This document shows positions 39,460 through 49,891 of a stretch of DNA of 64,000 bases, in pieces. Location of the stretch: NCBI GenBank assembly GCA_964413495.1, contig CAYPRW010000006.1, positions 15,603-79,602 on the forward strand. The letters are read 5' to 3'. Every line of letters begins with the position of its first letter. The first letter of the stretch is position 1. Position numbers and translations under genes: made by a program. Under the pieces are notes generated by a model. It searched no databases. It saw only the letters and a program-made list of their open reading frames with translations, and had not been told where the DNA came from. The DNA is from an uncultured Stakelama sp. (GTDB lineage: Bacteria; Pseudomonadota; Alphaproteobacteria; Sphingomonadales; Sphingomonadaceae).

Positions 39460-40305
39460 TCAATCGATGTCGGACTTTTTACCGATCAGCCGCTTCAGGC
39501 TGTCCATCGCGATCGTGAAGCGGGAGGGCGCGACATCGTTGCTTCCCGGCCGGGCACGGAAACGGGTGGTGTGCGGCACGATCAGCGACGAGGAAGGCAG
39601 CGTGTAATAATAAAGCGCGATCGACCGCCGCATCACCTCCGGCGGGCATAGCAGCGGATCGGGATGCCCATGATAGCTGTTGGAATCGGTGTTGAAGATC
39701 ACGGCCCGCGCCATCACCGGCGCCACGCTCTTGCGGCACGCCTTCATGTCCTGGTCCCACAATTCAAGCGAGCCGCCCCAGCTTTCCTCCCAATCGTCGT
39801 TCAGGAACAGGATGAGGTTCAGCCGCCGCTGCAGCTTGGTATGGGGATGGATGTTGAAATCGGCATGGATCGCCAGATGGCCGCCACGCGCCGTCTCGTG
39901 CAGGCCGCCGCCGGTATAGTGCGCGTCCGACACCAGCCCGCGAATGCCCGTCAGCTTTTGAAGAAACATCAAAAAGGGCGCGGAATTGAGGGCGTTGAGC
40001 AAATCCTGGACAAAGGCGCTGCGGATCTGGCCGTGCGTGTATCCGGTCTTCAATTGCGAATAGGCGTCAGAGAAACGCCCCTTTTCCCTGCCCGGAAATT
40101 CGTCCACCACGCGGCGCAGCACGGCGGGATCGATGAAATTGTCGATCACGATATGCGGAAAGGGCGAAGCGTTGACATAATTGTCGTGCAGCGCATCGCC
40201 CAACCTCTTGCAGGCGTCGCGATCGAGTTCGAAAAATCCGTCGGCGCGGGTAAGCTGGAGTGCCGGCGCGGCCCCTGCAGTTTCGAAACTAGCCAGACTT
40301 GCCAT
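39460..40305 (-). CDS. 2-oxoglutarate/Fe(II) oxygenase
   Basis: PFPHIVIDNF, GGGLH, HADFN, WGGSLELW, SYHGHP, RRSIALYYY. Confidence 0.88.
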   Translation of the reverse strand: MASLASFETAGAAPALQLTRADGFFELDRDACKRLGDALHDNYVNASPFPHIVIDNFIDPAVLRRVVDEFPGREKGRFSDAYSQLKTGYTHGQIRSAFVQDLLNALNSAPFLMFLQKLTGIRGLVSDAHYTGGGLHETARGGHLAIHADFNIHPHTKLQRRLNLILFLNDDWEESWGGSLELWDQDMKACRKSVAPVMARAVIFNTDSNSYHGHPDPLLCPPEVMRRSIALYYYTLPSSSLIVPHTTRFRARPGSNDVAPSRFTIAMDSLKRLIGKKSDID

Positions 40306-40553
40306 GTTACATCCGATCACATGTTCGGGAAGAACGATATTGCGACGCAACAATATCCATACATAGCTGCGGTCGGCAGCGCCATCGCAATATCAGCCCC
40401 CAAGCCCGAATGAAAGCGGCTCGACCTGTCCCCGCCATCCCATCGGGAGACTGAGAACGACGCTGCAGCGCAATATGGCCGCGTTGCGGAACGCGCATGA
40501 TTGCGGCATAGGATCGGGCAGATTCCCCAGCCGAGCATATTCGGTGCAGAGAG

Positions 40554-42107
40554 ATGGCCGCGAATGCCCCAGATCCCGCCGATCACCCGCATCGCCGCCC
40601 GCAGGCCCGGGAACCGCGCACGAGCATGAGCAGCGGCGGCTCCGTCACCGGCGGCACACGGGCGCGCGTCCATTTGCGCCGCGGCCGCCTGGTCGCGGCG
40701 GACGCGGACCCCTCGGGTGCCGGGGATGAAGGGGCGGCGCGCATCGCCCAACGTCGCGGCAAGCTCGTTCGCCTGCGCCCGTCCATCCCCGGCGCGGTAT
40801 CGGAACCGGTGGCCGAACCAGCCGCCGATCCGGCGACCGGCACGCGCACCGGTCGCGTCGAAACCGCGCTGATCACCATTTTCATCCTGACGCTGCTGGT
40901 GCCGGTCAGCTGGCCGGCCGGCCCGCTCCGGCTCACGCCGTATCTGGTGTTTCTCGTGATCGGTTTCGTGCCGCTGGTCGGACTGTGGCTGGCGCGCAGC
41001 AAGACGCAGATGATGCTGCCCGATTTCATGATGCTGATCTTCTGTTGCTGGTCTTCGGCCGCGCTCGGCCTGAACGGCGGCTGGGGCCCCAGCGGCGAAC
41101 CGATCGGCATCCAGTGGCTTACGACCTTCGGCGCCTATCTTGCCGGACGGCTGCTGGTGCGCGACCCGCGATCGATGCGCTGGATGGTCACCGTGATGGC
41201 GGTGATCGCCGTCACCCTTTTGCCGCTGCTGATCGTAGAGGCGCTGACCGGCGCAAAGCCGCTGCTCAAGATCGCATCGATGCTCGGGCGATCGGTTCCG
41301 GCCTTGCATATCGGCCAACGCTTCGGGCTGGAGCGGGCACAGGGCCCGTTCGAACATCCAATCGCCGCCGGCATCTTCATGGCGAGCATGTTTTCGCCGG
41401 TGGTCTATGTCATCGGTGGCACGTCGCTTGTGCGCAGGATCCTGGCGGGCATCGTCACCGCCATGGCCGCCATCTGTTCGGTATCGACCGCGGCCCTGCT
41501 GTCGCTCAACACCCAATTGGGCCTTATGCTGTGGTCCAGGGTGTTTCGCGCGATCAGGCATCGCTGGCGCATTCTGACGGCGTTGCTGATCACCGTGTAT
41601 GTCGTGGTGGACATGCTGTCGACCGCCACGCCGTTCCACGTTTTTGTCAACTATGCGACGCTTAGCCACGGCTCGTCCTACAATCGCATCATCATCTGGC
41701 AATATGGATCGGCTGAGGCGCTGCGCCATCCGTTCTTCGGCATCGGCATGAACGATTGGACGCGACCGCGCTGGATGTCGTCCAGCATGGACAATTTCTG
41801 GCTGTTGCAAGCCGTGCGTTACGGGATTCCGTCCTTCCTGCTGCTGGCGGGTGCGGTCGTCGCGCTGCTGTGGCGGATGGGCCGGATCGAACATACCGAC
41901 ACCCGATTGATCCTGATCCGGCGGGCCATGACCTTCTCGATCATCGGCACGATGATCACCGTGTGCAGCGCCCATCTATGGAATGCGGCTTATGTGTGGT
42001 TCATGTTCTTCGTCGGGTCCGCAGGCTGGCTCGCCTCGCGTCAGGGGACCGCGGCGGGATCGGGACCGGATGCGACCGGCAAGGCGACACGGCGTGCCGA
42101 TCCCTGA
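40554..42107 (+). CDS. Wzy polymerase / O-antigen ligase family membrane protein
   Basis: Multiple TM; RAQGPFEHPI, R..IW, HPFFGIG, SMDNFWL; start uncertain. Confidence 0.8.
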   Translation: MAANAPDPADHPHRRPQAREPRTSMSSGGSVTGGTRARVHLRRGRLVAADADPSGAGDEGAARIAQRRGKLVRLRPSIPGAVSEPVAEPAADPATGTRTGRVETALITIFILTLLVPVSWPAGPLRLTPYLVFLVIGFVPLVGLWLARSKTQMMLPDFMMLIFCCWSSAALGLNGGWGPSGEPIGIQWLTTFGAYLAGRLLVRDPRSMRWMVTVMAVIAVTLLPLLIVEALTGAKPLLKIASMLGRSVPALHIGQRFGLERAQGPFEHPIAAGIFMASMFSPVVYVIGGTSLVRRILAGIVTAMAAICSVSTAALLSLNTQLGLMLWSRVFRAIRHRWRILTALLITVYVVVDMLSTATPFHVFVNYATLSHGSSYNRIIIWQYGSAEALRHPFFGIGMNDWTRPRWMSSSMDNFWLLQAVRYGIPSFLLLAGAVVALLWRMGRIEHTDTRLILIRRAMTFSIIGTMITVCSAHLWNAAYVWFMFFVGSAGWLASRQGTAAGSGPDATGKATRRADP

Positions 42108-42152
42108 ACCGCGCCATCCCGGACCGCACTGCCCGGCGCGCACGGCGGCGGC

Positions 42153-43553
42153 ATGAACAAGCGCAAGGCCATGCTGTCGGGGGCGATGATCTTTGCCGCC
42201 AACATCACCGAGATCCTGGTAAACACGGTGCGGAACATCGTCCTCGCGCGGTTGCTGAGCATCGAGGATTTCGGCATCGCGGCAACGTTCACGCTGCTCG
42301 CGACGATGCTCGATTTCGTCAACCAGGCGGGATTGGCGCGAATGGGCGTGCAGGCGCGCGACCATGACGATCCGCATCTTCAGGCGACGCTTCACACCGT
42401 CCAGGCGGCACTGGGACTTGCCGCGGGACTGGCCGTCCTGCTGATCGCGTGGCCCTATGCCGCCTTGATGACCACGCCCAGCCTGGGTTGGGCCTATGCG
42501 ATGCTGGCGTTCATTCCATTGATGCGCGGCCTTGCCCATCTGGACAGCCATCGCCTGCAACGGCACGGCCGCTTTGGACCCTGGGCGATCCGCCAGACAA
42601 TACCGCCGATCCTCTCGTTGATCGCCATCTATCCGGCCTTTCTGTGGCTGGGCGACTATCGCACGGCGCTGGTGTCGATTTTCGTTCAGCAGATCGGATT
42701 GGTCGCCGCGACCTTCATCGGCGCGGAACGGCCGTTCCGGTTCGGGCACGACCGCGCGATCGCCAGGCGGGCATGGGCGTTCGGCATGCCGACCATGCTG
42801 AATTCGCTGCTGATCTACTTCATCGTCAATGGCGATCGGCTGGTGGTCGGCAATCAGTTCGGCGTGGCGTCACTGGCGTGGTTCAGCGCCGCGGTGACGC
42901 TGACGCTGATGCCGATGAACTTCGTGGCCAAGACGATCCAGACCGCCTTGTTGCCCACATTGGCGCGCAACCAGGACGATCGCGACGCGCTGCAACGCTA
43001 TCACGATCTGATGATCGTCGCAGCGGCGGCGATCACCGTCGGCTTCACTACCGGGCTCGCGCTGGTGGGCTGGCTGGTGCTGCGCCTGACCTTCGGTCCG
43101 AAATTCGAACCGGCCGAGCCGTTCCTGCTGCTGCTGGGCTTCACCCAGGGCCTGCGACTGATCCGCGCCGTGCCGGCACTGATCGCGCTGGCCAAGGCGG
43201 AAACGACCAACCCGCTCTATTCCAATATCGTGCGCGGGCTGTTCATCCTGGCGGCGCTGGCGGTGGCGATCGTCACGCGGAACATCTATGCGATGCTGCT
43301 GGTCGGGGTGGCGGGCGAAGTGGTGTCCACGGCCGTCGCCATCTGGCTGCTCCGGCGCAAGCTGAACCTGCGCGGCGGCGGCGGCCATGCCGCGCTGTTG
43401 GGCAGCGTGATCCTGTGCGGGGCGATCTGCGGGGTGTCGCTGGCCGGCTGGCCGGCGATGATCCTGCTGCCCGCCGCGTTGCCATTTGCGCTGATCCTGA
43501 TCGGAACGGCGATCCGCCAATTCCCGGTCCTGCGCCGGTCGTCCAGGGCCTGA
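42153..43553 (+). CDS. wzx: Oligosaccharide flippase
   Basis: LARLLSIEDFG, many TM segments, NGDRLVVG, FGPKF. Confidence 0.85.
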   Translation: MNKRKAMLSGAMIFAANITEILVNTVRNIVLARLLSIEDFGIAATFTLLATMLDFVNQAGLARMGVQARDHDDPHLQATLHTVQAALGLAAGLAVLLIAWPYAALMTTPSLGWAYAMLAFIPLMRGLAHLDSHRLQRHGRFGPWAIRQTIPPILSLIAIYPAFLWLGDYRTALVSIFVQQIGLVAATFIGAERPFRFGHDRAIARRAWAFGMPTMLNSLLIYFIVNGDRLVVGNQFGVASLAWFSAAVTLTLMPMNFVAKTIQTALLPTLARNQDDRDALQRYHDLMIVAAAAITVGFTTGLALVGWLVLRLTFGPKFEPAEPFLLLLGFTQGLRLIRAVPALIALAKAETTNPLYSNIVRGLFILAALAVAIVTRNIYAMLLVGVAGEVVSTAVAIWLLRRKLNLRGGGGHAALLGSVILCGAICGVSLAGWPAMILLPAALPFALILIGTAIRQFPVLRRSSRA

Positions 43554-43571
43554 TCGCGACGCGCCGGGATC

Positions 43572-44801
43572 TCAGGCGGCCAGCGGTCGCGCGATCCGCC
43601 GATAGAGATCGACGAAGAAATCGACCATTTCCTCGATGCTGTGATCGTCCTGCGCGGCCTTGACGGCATTGCGGCCCATCGATGCGCGCAATTCGGCCGA
43701 ACCGCCCAGCCGCATGATGGCCGCGGCCAGGCCGTCGACGAACCCCTGCGGCGACGCGACGGGCACGCGCACGCCATAGTCATCCTTCACATGCGTCGCC
43801 GGGCCACCATAATCGGCGGCGATGATCGGCAATCCCCAGCTCATGCACTCGAAGGTGACGGTGCCGCTCGGCTCCCGGATGGTCGGGAACAGGAACATGT
43901 CGGCGTCCCGGTAGAATCCGTCCACCTCGCCGCGCGGTCGGTGCCCATGGAAATGCACCCGGTCTGAAAGGCCCAGCGATTGCGACAGCCGTTCAAGCTC
44001 GCCGCGATAGACGCCTTCCCCCAGGATATCGAGCCGCCATTCGGGCAGCGTGTCCTGGATCGCGCCCAATGCCTGGAGCAGATAGTGCAGCCCCTTGCTG
44101 TAGATCAGCCGCGACACCGCCAGCAGGCGAAGCGGCCCGGTGCGCCGGGCCCGCGCCTCGATCAACCCGGCGACGTCCGCATTCACCGGCGGCGCGATCC
44201 GCTGGGAATGCATGACAAATCGCTTGAGCGACATGTCGGACAGCACGCCCTCGACATAATTCCCGGCGCCGACCAGATATTCGGCGTTCTGATAGCTGGC
44301 TCTCAGCGCGGGATCGAACCGAAAGCGAAGCCGGTCGAATTCGCGCAGCTTGTAATACCATGGATCCTGGGTCGATCCCCGGTCGAACCCGGCCGGCAAC
44401 GGCAGGCTGCCGCCGACCGGCCCGACGATATAGGGAATGCCCGTCTTGCGCAGCGGCGTGGGGTAACGCATGCCCAACGGCCCGAACTGATGCGCGCAAC
44501 TGATCGTGCCGGGCGCGATCTTGGTGCGGATGATCTGTTCAGCAAAGCGATAGAATTTCAGATAGTTGGGCTTGACCAATGCCCTGATCCGCTTGTCGAG
44601 AAACGCCAGATCCCAACCCCTGTTCTCATAGACGGTGGCATGCGGAAACAATTCGGCGATCGTCGTGCGGCCATGCACCGGCGTCTGCGAGATGATGATC
44701 GTCTCGATTCGCTCCGAAATCCCCTTCGCCAGGTCATAGCACCAGCGCGGCTCGCCCACGACGTTCGGATCGATGAACGCGCTGGTAATCAACACACGCA
44801 T
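43572..44801 (-). CDS. Glycosyltransferase family 4
   Basis: GPVGG, VSRLIYSKG, FLFPTIREPSGTVTFECMSWGLP. Confidence 0.9.
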   Translation of the reverse strand: MRVLITSAFIDPNVVGEPRWCYDLAKGISERIETIIISQTPVHGRTTIAELFPHATVYENRGWDLAFLDKRIRALVKPNYLKFYRFAEQIIRTKIAPGTISCAHQFGPLGMRYPTPLRKTGIPYIVGPVGGSLPLPAGFDRGSTQDPWYYKLREFDRLRFRFDPALRASYQNAEYLVGAGNYVEGVLSDMSLKRFVMHSQRIAPPVNADVAGLIEARARRTGPLRLLAVSRLIYSKGLHYLLQALGAIQDTLPEWRLDILGEGVYRGELERLSQSLGLSDRVHFHGHRPRGEVDGFYRDADMFLFPTIREPSGTVTFECMSWGLPIIAADYGGPATHVKDDYGVRVPVASPQGFVDGLAAAIMRLGGSAELRASMGRNAVKAAQDDHSIEEMVDFFVDLYRRIARPLAA

Positions 44802-45034
44802 TGCGCACCTTTCGATCGATGGATCCGCAGTCCATGCCGTGACCCGTTCATAACCGCGCCATTCATTGCGTTGCAACGTGCGTATATGCCGGAAACCGAA
44901 AAATGCGCGTGGATCGAGCGATGCAGACCGGGCCGGGATCATGCCGGCGATGGCGAACCGCGTTGCGATCCGTTACGGCTATCATGACGGCGGACGCCGG
45001 GGTATCGGCGCGACGCGTCATCGCATGAACCGCA

Positions 45035-45793
45035 ATGCAGGGATCGGAAGATATCGTGGCACGACCCAAGGGACTGCGCGCGCGCGTGCTCGAGCGGATG
45101 TATCGCAGCAACTATCTGCACTGGCTGTTCCGCAAGCTGGAGCAGCCGGGCGACCGCGCCGAGATGCACTCGCAATTGCTGCGCCACCTGCTTCACAAAT
45201 ATCATGGCGTGACGGTCGGTCTCTACAGCTATGGGCCGCCGCTGCGCCGCGGCCAGGCACCGTCCGGCACCGTGATCGGGCGCTGGTGCTCGTTCGGACG
45301 CGGCCTCGTCATCCGCCGCCGCAACCACCCGATCGAACGGGTCACCCAGCATCCCTATTTCTTCAACGCGGTCCATCGCCTGGTCGATCGCGACACGATC
45401 GAGCGCGAGCAGGACAATCCGCTGGTGATCGGTCACGACGTGTGGACCGGCGATCGCGTCACGATCCTGTCCGGCTGCCGCCAGATCGGCAATGGCGCGG
45501 TGATCGCGGCGGGATCGGTCGTCACGCGTGACGTGCCGCCCTATGCGATCGTCGGGGGCGTGCCGGGCAAGGTGCTGCGCGAACGCTATCCGGCGGCGGT
45601 TCAGGAACGGCTCGAAGCTTCACGCTGGTGGGAATTCGACCTGGCCACGCTCGATCGGCTGCGTCCGATGCTGCTCGAACCGCTGGACGAGGCGCGCGCG
45701 ACCGAATTCGCCCTGGCATGCGATCGGCTGCGCGGCGAGGCGCAGGGGCGCGCACCCGCCACGCCGGCGCACGACCCGGCGGCGCATCGATGA
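45035..45793 (+). CDS. CatB/Vat-like hexapeptide O-acetyltransferase (paralogue of 13192..13824)
   Basis: VGLYSYG, IGRWCS, NHP, IGHDVW, VVTRDVPPYAIVGGVP, RWW. Confidence 0.88.
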   Translation: MQGSEDIVARPKGLRARVLERMYRSNYLHWLFRKLEQPGDRAEMHSQLLRHLLHKYHGVTVGLYSYGPPLRRGQAPSGTVIGRWCSFGRGLVIRRRNHPIERVTQHPYFFNAVHRLVDRDTIEREQDNPLVIGHDVWTGDRVTILSGCRQIGNGAVIAAGSVVTRDVPPYAIVGGVPGKVLRERYPAAVQERLEASRWWEFDLATLDRLRPMLLEPLDEARATEFALACDRLRGEAQGRAPATPAHDPAAHR

Positions 45794-45824
45794 CCGGCGC
45801 CGGATCGCCGCCCGCGCTTCGGCG

Positions 45825-46637
45825 ATGAGCGGCCTGCGCGTCATCGTCCCGGCCTATCGCGGCGCGGCGGTGATTGCCCGCAGCCTCCACTCGCTCGCGT
45901 CGCAACGCTACGACATGCGGCTCGCCCCGGCCGATACCGGCGTCATCGTCGCGGTGAACGACGCCGGCGCCGACACGTTCGACGCGGCCATCGCCTTCGC
46001 CCCGCGCTTCGCGGCGGCCGGCGTGGCGTTTGACGTGATCCGTGCGCCGCGCGGCCGCGTCCACGCGCTGACGGCGGCGGACCGGATCGTCCCCGCCGCG
46101 GCGCATCGCGTCTTCGCGGATCAGGACGCCGCGCTGTCGCCCGGCGCGCTCGCCGCGCTGGCCGGGGCGCTGGACACGCCGGGCATCGAATTCGCGACCC
46201 TCGCGCCGCGCTTCGATCGCAGCGCGTCGCGCTGGGTGCGGATATATTGCAAGGGCTGGTCGCGCCTGCCCTATGTCCGCCGATCGCCGGTCACCATGGG
46301 GCTGTTCGCGGTTTCCGCTGCGGGCCGCCGCCGGTGGGACGAATGGCCGCCGCTGGCCGCGGACGACAAATTCGTCCGGCTGTGCTTCGCCGTGCGGGAA
46401 CGCCGGCTGGTCGCCGACGAAAGCTATACCGTGCTGCCGCCGCCAAGCCGCGGCGCGCTGATCGCCGCGCGGGCGCGTTACCGACGATCGAACCGGCAAT
46501 TGCGTATCGACGGCCATCATGATGCATTGGCGCGTCATGCCGGCCTTGCCGGCGCGGCGGCGGACCCCAGAAACTGGCCGTGGATGGCGATCGTCGCGGC
46601 AACCGAGCTGGCGGCGTTCGTCGCGCCGGCGCCATGA
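45825..46637 (+). CDS. Glycosyltransferase family 2 (divergent)
   Basis: VIVPAY, VAVND, FADQD, ADDKFVR. Confidence 0.7.
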   Translation: MSGLRVIVPAYRGAAVIARSLHSLASQRYDMRLAPADTGVIVAVNDAGADTFDAAIAFAPRFAAAGVAFDVIRAPRGRVHALTAADRIVPAAAHRVFADQDAALSPGALAALAGALDTPGIEFATLAPRFDRSASRWVRIYCKGWSRLPYVRRSPVTMGLFAVSAAGRRRWDEWPPLAADDKFVRLCFAVRERRLVADESYTVLPPPSRGALIAARARYRRSNRQLRIDGHHDALARHAGLAGAAADPRNWPWMAIVAATELAAFVAPAP

Positions 46638-47350
46638 TCGGCGCGCGCCTGCGCGACAGCCGGCTATGGGCGCGCATGCTGCGCCCGCTGGCCTATCGGG
46701 TGCGCGGCTTCCCCGAGCCTGAGATGCGCCTGTTGCCGCTGCTGGTCGATCCCGCCCGTGCCGCGATCGATGTCGGCGCGCATGCCGGCAGCTATACCGC
46801 CGAACTGACCCGGCTGACCCGCCGCGTTATCGCGATCGAGCCCGATCCGGCGTCCGCCCGCCGTCTCGCCGCATCGTTTCCCGACGTGCGGGTGATCGCC
46901 GCCGCCGCCTCGGCCGGTGTCGGGCCGGCAACGCTATATTGCCCACCGGACCAGCCAGGCCTGGGCACGCTGGAACGAGGCATCGGGCGGGATGCGCCCG
47001 GCATATGCGTCCCCGCCATCGCGCTCGACACGATCGACGCCGGTGACGTCGGCTTCATCAAAATCGATGTCGAGGGGCATGAATTGAGCGTGCTGGAAGG
47101 CGCCCGATCCTTGCTCCGCGATTGCCGCCCGGCGCTGCTGATCGAGGCGGAGGCGCGCCACCGCGCCAATGCGGTGGCATCGCTCGCCGACTGGCTCGCG
47201 CCGTTCGGCTATAACGGCCTCTATCTGGATGCCGGGCGGTTGCGGCCCATCGCCCGGTTCGATTGCGCCCGCGACCAGCACGCCGGGGATGCGCCGGCGA
47301 ACGGGCCGCGTTTCGCCCGTTACATCAATAATTTCCTCTTTGTGGGATGA
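46634..47350 (+). CDS. FkbM-family methyltransferase
   Basis: IDVGAHAG, AIEP, FIKIDVEGHELSVLEG. Confidence 0.9.
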   Translation: MIGARLRDSRLWARMLRPLAYRVRGFPEPEMRLLPLLVDPARAAIDVGAHAGSYTAELTRLTRRVIAIEPDPASARRLAASFPDVRVIAAAASAGVGPATLYCPPDQPGLGTLERGIGRDAPGICVPAIALDTIDAGDVGFIKIDVEGHELSVLEGARSLLRDCRPALLIEAEARHRANAVASLADWLAPFGYNGLYLDAGRLRPIARFDCARDQHAGDAPANGPRFARYINNFLFVG

Positions 47351-48465
47351 CGGGCGTGCAACGCTGCCTGTTCGTCACGCCGATCCTGCCCGGCAACCGC
47401 GATACCGGCGGCCTGCTGTTCAGCCAGCTGGTCATCGATATGTTGCGACGGCATGGCCTGCGCGTGCGCGTGCTCGGCTGGCAGGAAGCCGGCGCGCGCG
47501 TGACGATCGACGCCGATACCGTTTCGGCCGGGACGCGCGCGATCGTGACGAGGCAGCATCCGCTGGCGGCGGCGGGGTGGCTGCTGCGCGCGCTGGCACG
47601 CGGCGAGCCCTATTCGCTGGCCAAGTTCCGCGGCGCGCGGTTCGACCGCGAACTCGTCCGCATGCTGGCGGATGCCGATCTGGTCGTCATCGATCACCAA
47701 CTTGACTGGGTTTTCGTCGCGCTGCCGCCGGGCGTCCCGGTCATCCACCTCTCCCACCAACTCGCCTCCGAAATCTATGCGACGCGACGTTCGCCGCTGC
47801 ACCGGCGCGAGGCGCGGCTGCTGCGCCGCGCGGAACGCCGGATCGCGCGCGCCGCCGATCAGATATGGACGATCACGCCCGACGATCGCGACACCTATCG
47901 CATGCTCGGTGCGGCGCAGGTCCTTGATCTTCCCTTCACCCCCGATCCGCCGCCGTCGGTGCGGTATCACCCGCCTGCGCATGACATCGTCCTGCTCGGC
48001 ACCTGGACCTGGGCGCCCAACCGGGTGGGGTTGACCTGGTTCATCGACCGGATCGCGCCACTGCTGCCCGACCTGACAATCGCGGTCGCGGGGCGGGGAG
48101 CGGTCAACGGCGGGATGGACCATGTCACGGCGATCGGCCCGGTGGAGGACGCCGCCGGCTTTCTGCGATCGGGTCGCGCGATCGCCATTCCGTCGCGCGC
48201 CGGCGTCGGCCTGCAGACCAAGTCGCTGCACGCGATCGCCATGGGTCCGCCGGTGGTGGCGACATCGCATGCGCTGCGCCATATCGATGAGCGTCCCGCG
48301 CACCTGTCGCTCGCCGAAACCCCCGAGGCATTCGCCGCCGCCCTCCGCGCCGCCGTCATGCGTCCGCCCGCACAGGCCGGCGACCCGTTCGCCACGCGCC
48401 GGGCCGCATTGCATCGCGCGATGGAACGCGCATTGGCATCGATCGGTGTGCCGGCGTTCGATTGA
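47347..48465 (+). CDS. Glycosyltransferase family 4
   Basis: WAPNRVGLTWF, IPSRAGVGLQTK, PVVAT. Confidence 0.8.
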   Translation: MTGVQRCLFVTPILPGNRDTGGLLFSQLVIDMLRRHGLRVRVLGWQEAGARVTIDADTVSAGTRAIVTRQHPLAAAGWLLRALARGEPYSLAKFRGARFDRELVRMLADADLVVIDHQLDWVFVALPPGVPVIHLSHQLASEIYATRRSPLHRREARLLRRAERRIARAADQIWTITPDDRDTYRMLGAAQVLDLPFTPDPPPSVRYHPPAHDIVLLGTWTWAPNRVGLTWFIDRIAPLLPDLTIAVAGRGAVNGGMDHVTAIGPVEDAAGFLRSGRAIAIPSRAGVGLQTKSLHAIAMGPPVVATSHALRHIDERPAHLSLAETPEAFAAALRAAVMRPPAQAGDPFATRRAALHRAMERALASIGVPAFD

Positions 48466-48478
48466 TACGACCGCGTGG

Positions 48479-48523
48479 GTGCGTCGTTTGCCGGTGCTCG
48501 ATGGAATGCGCGGCATCGCGGTG
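48479..48523 (+). pseudogene. Remnant of an acyltransferase-3 5' end
   Basis: Translates as VRRLPVLDGMRGIAV, the LDGLRG.A start motif of AT3 proteins; no TM helix follows. Confidence 0.5.
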
Positions 48524-48702
48524 CGATCCCGACGACGATGCGGGCAACGTTGCCGTGACGCCGGGCGGCGGTCGCAGGTGGCGCGGCAGCCAGACCGCAT
48601 CCCGCTCCGTTTTGCCCCTCATCGCAAAATCAACCGGTTGCGGCGCATGCGGTTAACGGGCAAGCAGGGCGCCGAAGATCGGCCGATGCCGGGAGTGAGC
48701 GA

Positions 48703-49827
48703 TTGCGATTTCAACTAGCGGCCAGCCTGTCGATGCTCGCGCTGGCAGCATGCGGCGGATCGTCGTCGGGCGGCGGTGGCAGCGTCGTCGTCGTGCCTAC
48801 GCCGACCCCCAGCCCATCGCCTTCGCCAACCCCGTCACCTTCGCCCTCCCCCTCGGCGCTTGGCGGCTTCGTCCCCGCCGCTGCCGCCGAACCCACGACC
48901 GGCATCCGGCTGAAGGTCGGGAAATGCATCAACCTGGGCAATCATCTGGAAACGCCCGACGGCCTCGACTGGGGTCGTGCGCTGGTCGCGGCGGATTTCA
49001 CGATCATCCGCGATGCAGGCTTCAGCACCGTCCGTATCCCAGTAAAATGGTCGGCCCATGCGCTGACGGCGGCGCCGTACACGATCGACGCCGCATGGAT
49101 GGCGAAGGTGCAGGGAATCGTGAATTGGGCAAGCGCGGCGGGCCTCAACGTCATCCTCGACATGCATCATTATGACGAGCTCAACACGAACGCCGCGGCC
49201 CATGCCACGCGCTTTGCCGAGATGTGGCGACAGATCGGGTCGGCGTTCGCATCCGCGCCGGCCAATGTCTGGTTCGAACTCATCAACGAACCCAATAATT
49301 CACTGAACGATTCGAACCTCGTCACCATCCTCGCCCCTGCGCTGGCGGCGATCCGCTCGACCAATCCCACCCGGCGGGTCATCGTCGGCGGCCAGAATAC
49401 CAGCGACGTCAACAGCCTGGCGACACTGGCGCTGCCTTCGGATCCCTATGTCGTGCCGACCTTTCACGACTATGATCCGTTGGCGTTCACGCACCAGGGC
49501 GCGACGTGGATCGGTACCACCTACCCGCTCGGCAGGACCTATGGCACGACGGTCGACCTTGCGCAGCTGCGGAGCAATCTCGACAAGGTTCGCGCCTATA
49601 TCGCGCGGACCGGACGCGTTCCGTTCATGGGCGAATATGGCGCGATCGACATCGGCGGCGTGCCGTTGAGCGAACGCGTCAAATATTACGACACGGTCAG
49701 CGCGGCCTATGCCTCGATCGGGATCCAGGGCTGCGCCTGGGCCTATACCAACACCTTCCGGCTGCGTGAGGGCAGCGCCTGGCTGCCGGGCATGCTCGAC
49801 GCGGTGCGGACCACCACCACGCAATAG
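48703..49827 (+). CDS. Glycoside hydrolase family 5 (endoglucanase-like) lipoprotein
   Basis: Lipobox LAAC, Gly/Ser and PTPS linker, INLGN, VRIPVKW, DMHHY, FELINEP, FHDY, MGEYG. Confidence 0.92.
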   Translation: MRFQLAASLSMLALAACGGSSSGGGGSVVVVPTPTPSPSPSPTPSPSPSPSALGGFVPAAAAEPTTGIRLKVGKCINLGNHLETPDGLDWGRALVAADFTIIRDAGFSTVRIPVKWSAHALTAAPYTIDAAWMAKVQGIVNWASAAGLNVILDMHHYDELNTNAAAHATRFAEMWRQIGSAFASAPANVWFELINEPNNSLNDSNLVTILAPALAAIRSTNPTRRVIVGGQNTSDVNSLATLALPSDPYVVPTFHDYDPLAFTHQGATWIGTTYPLGRTYGTTVDLAQLRSNLDKVRAYIARTGRVPFMGEYGAIDIGGVPLSERVKYYDTVSAAYASIGIQGCAWAYTNTFRLREGSAWLPGMLDAVRTTTTQ

Positions 49828-49891
49828 CGCGGCCCGGACGATGCGACAAAGGCATTGAGCGGACCCGCCGGCGCGCGCAAAGTCTGCCGAG

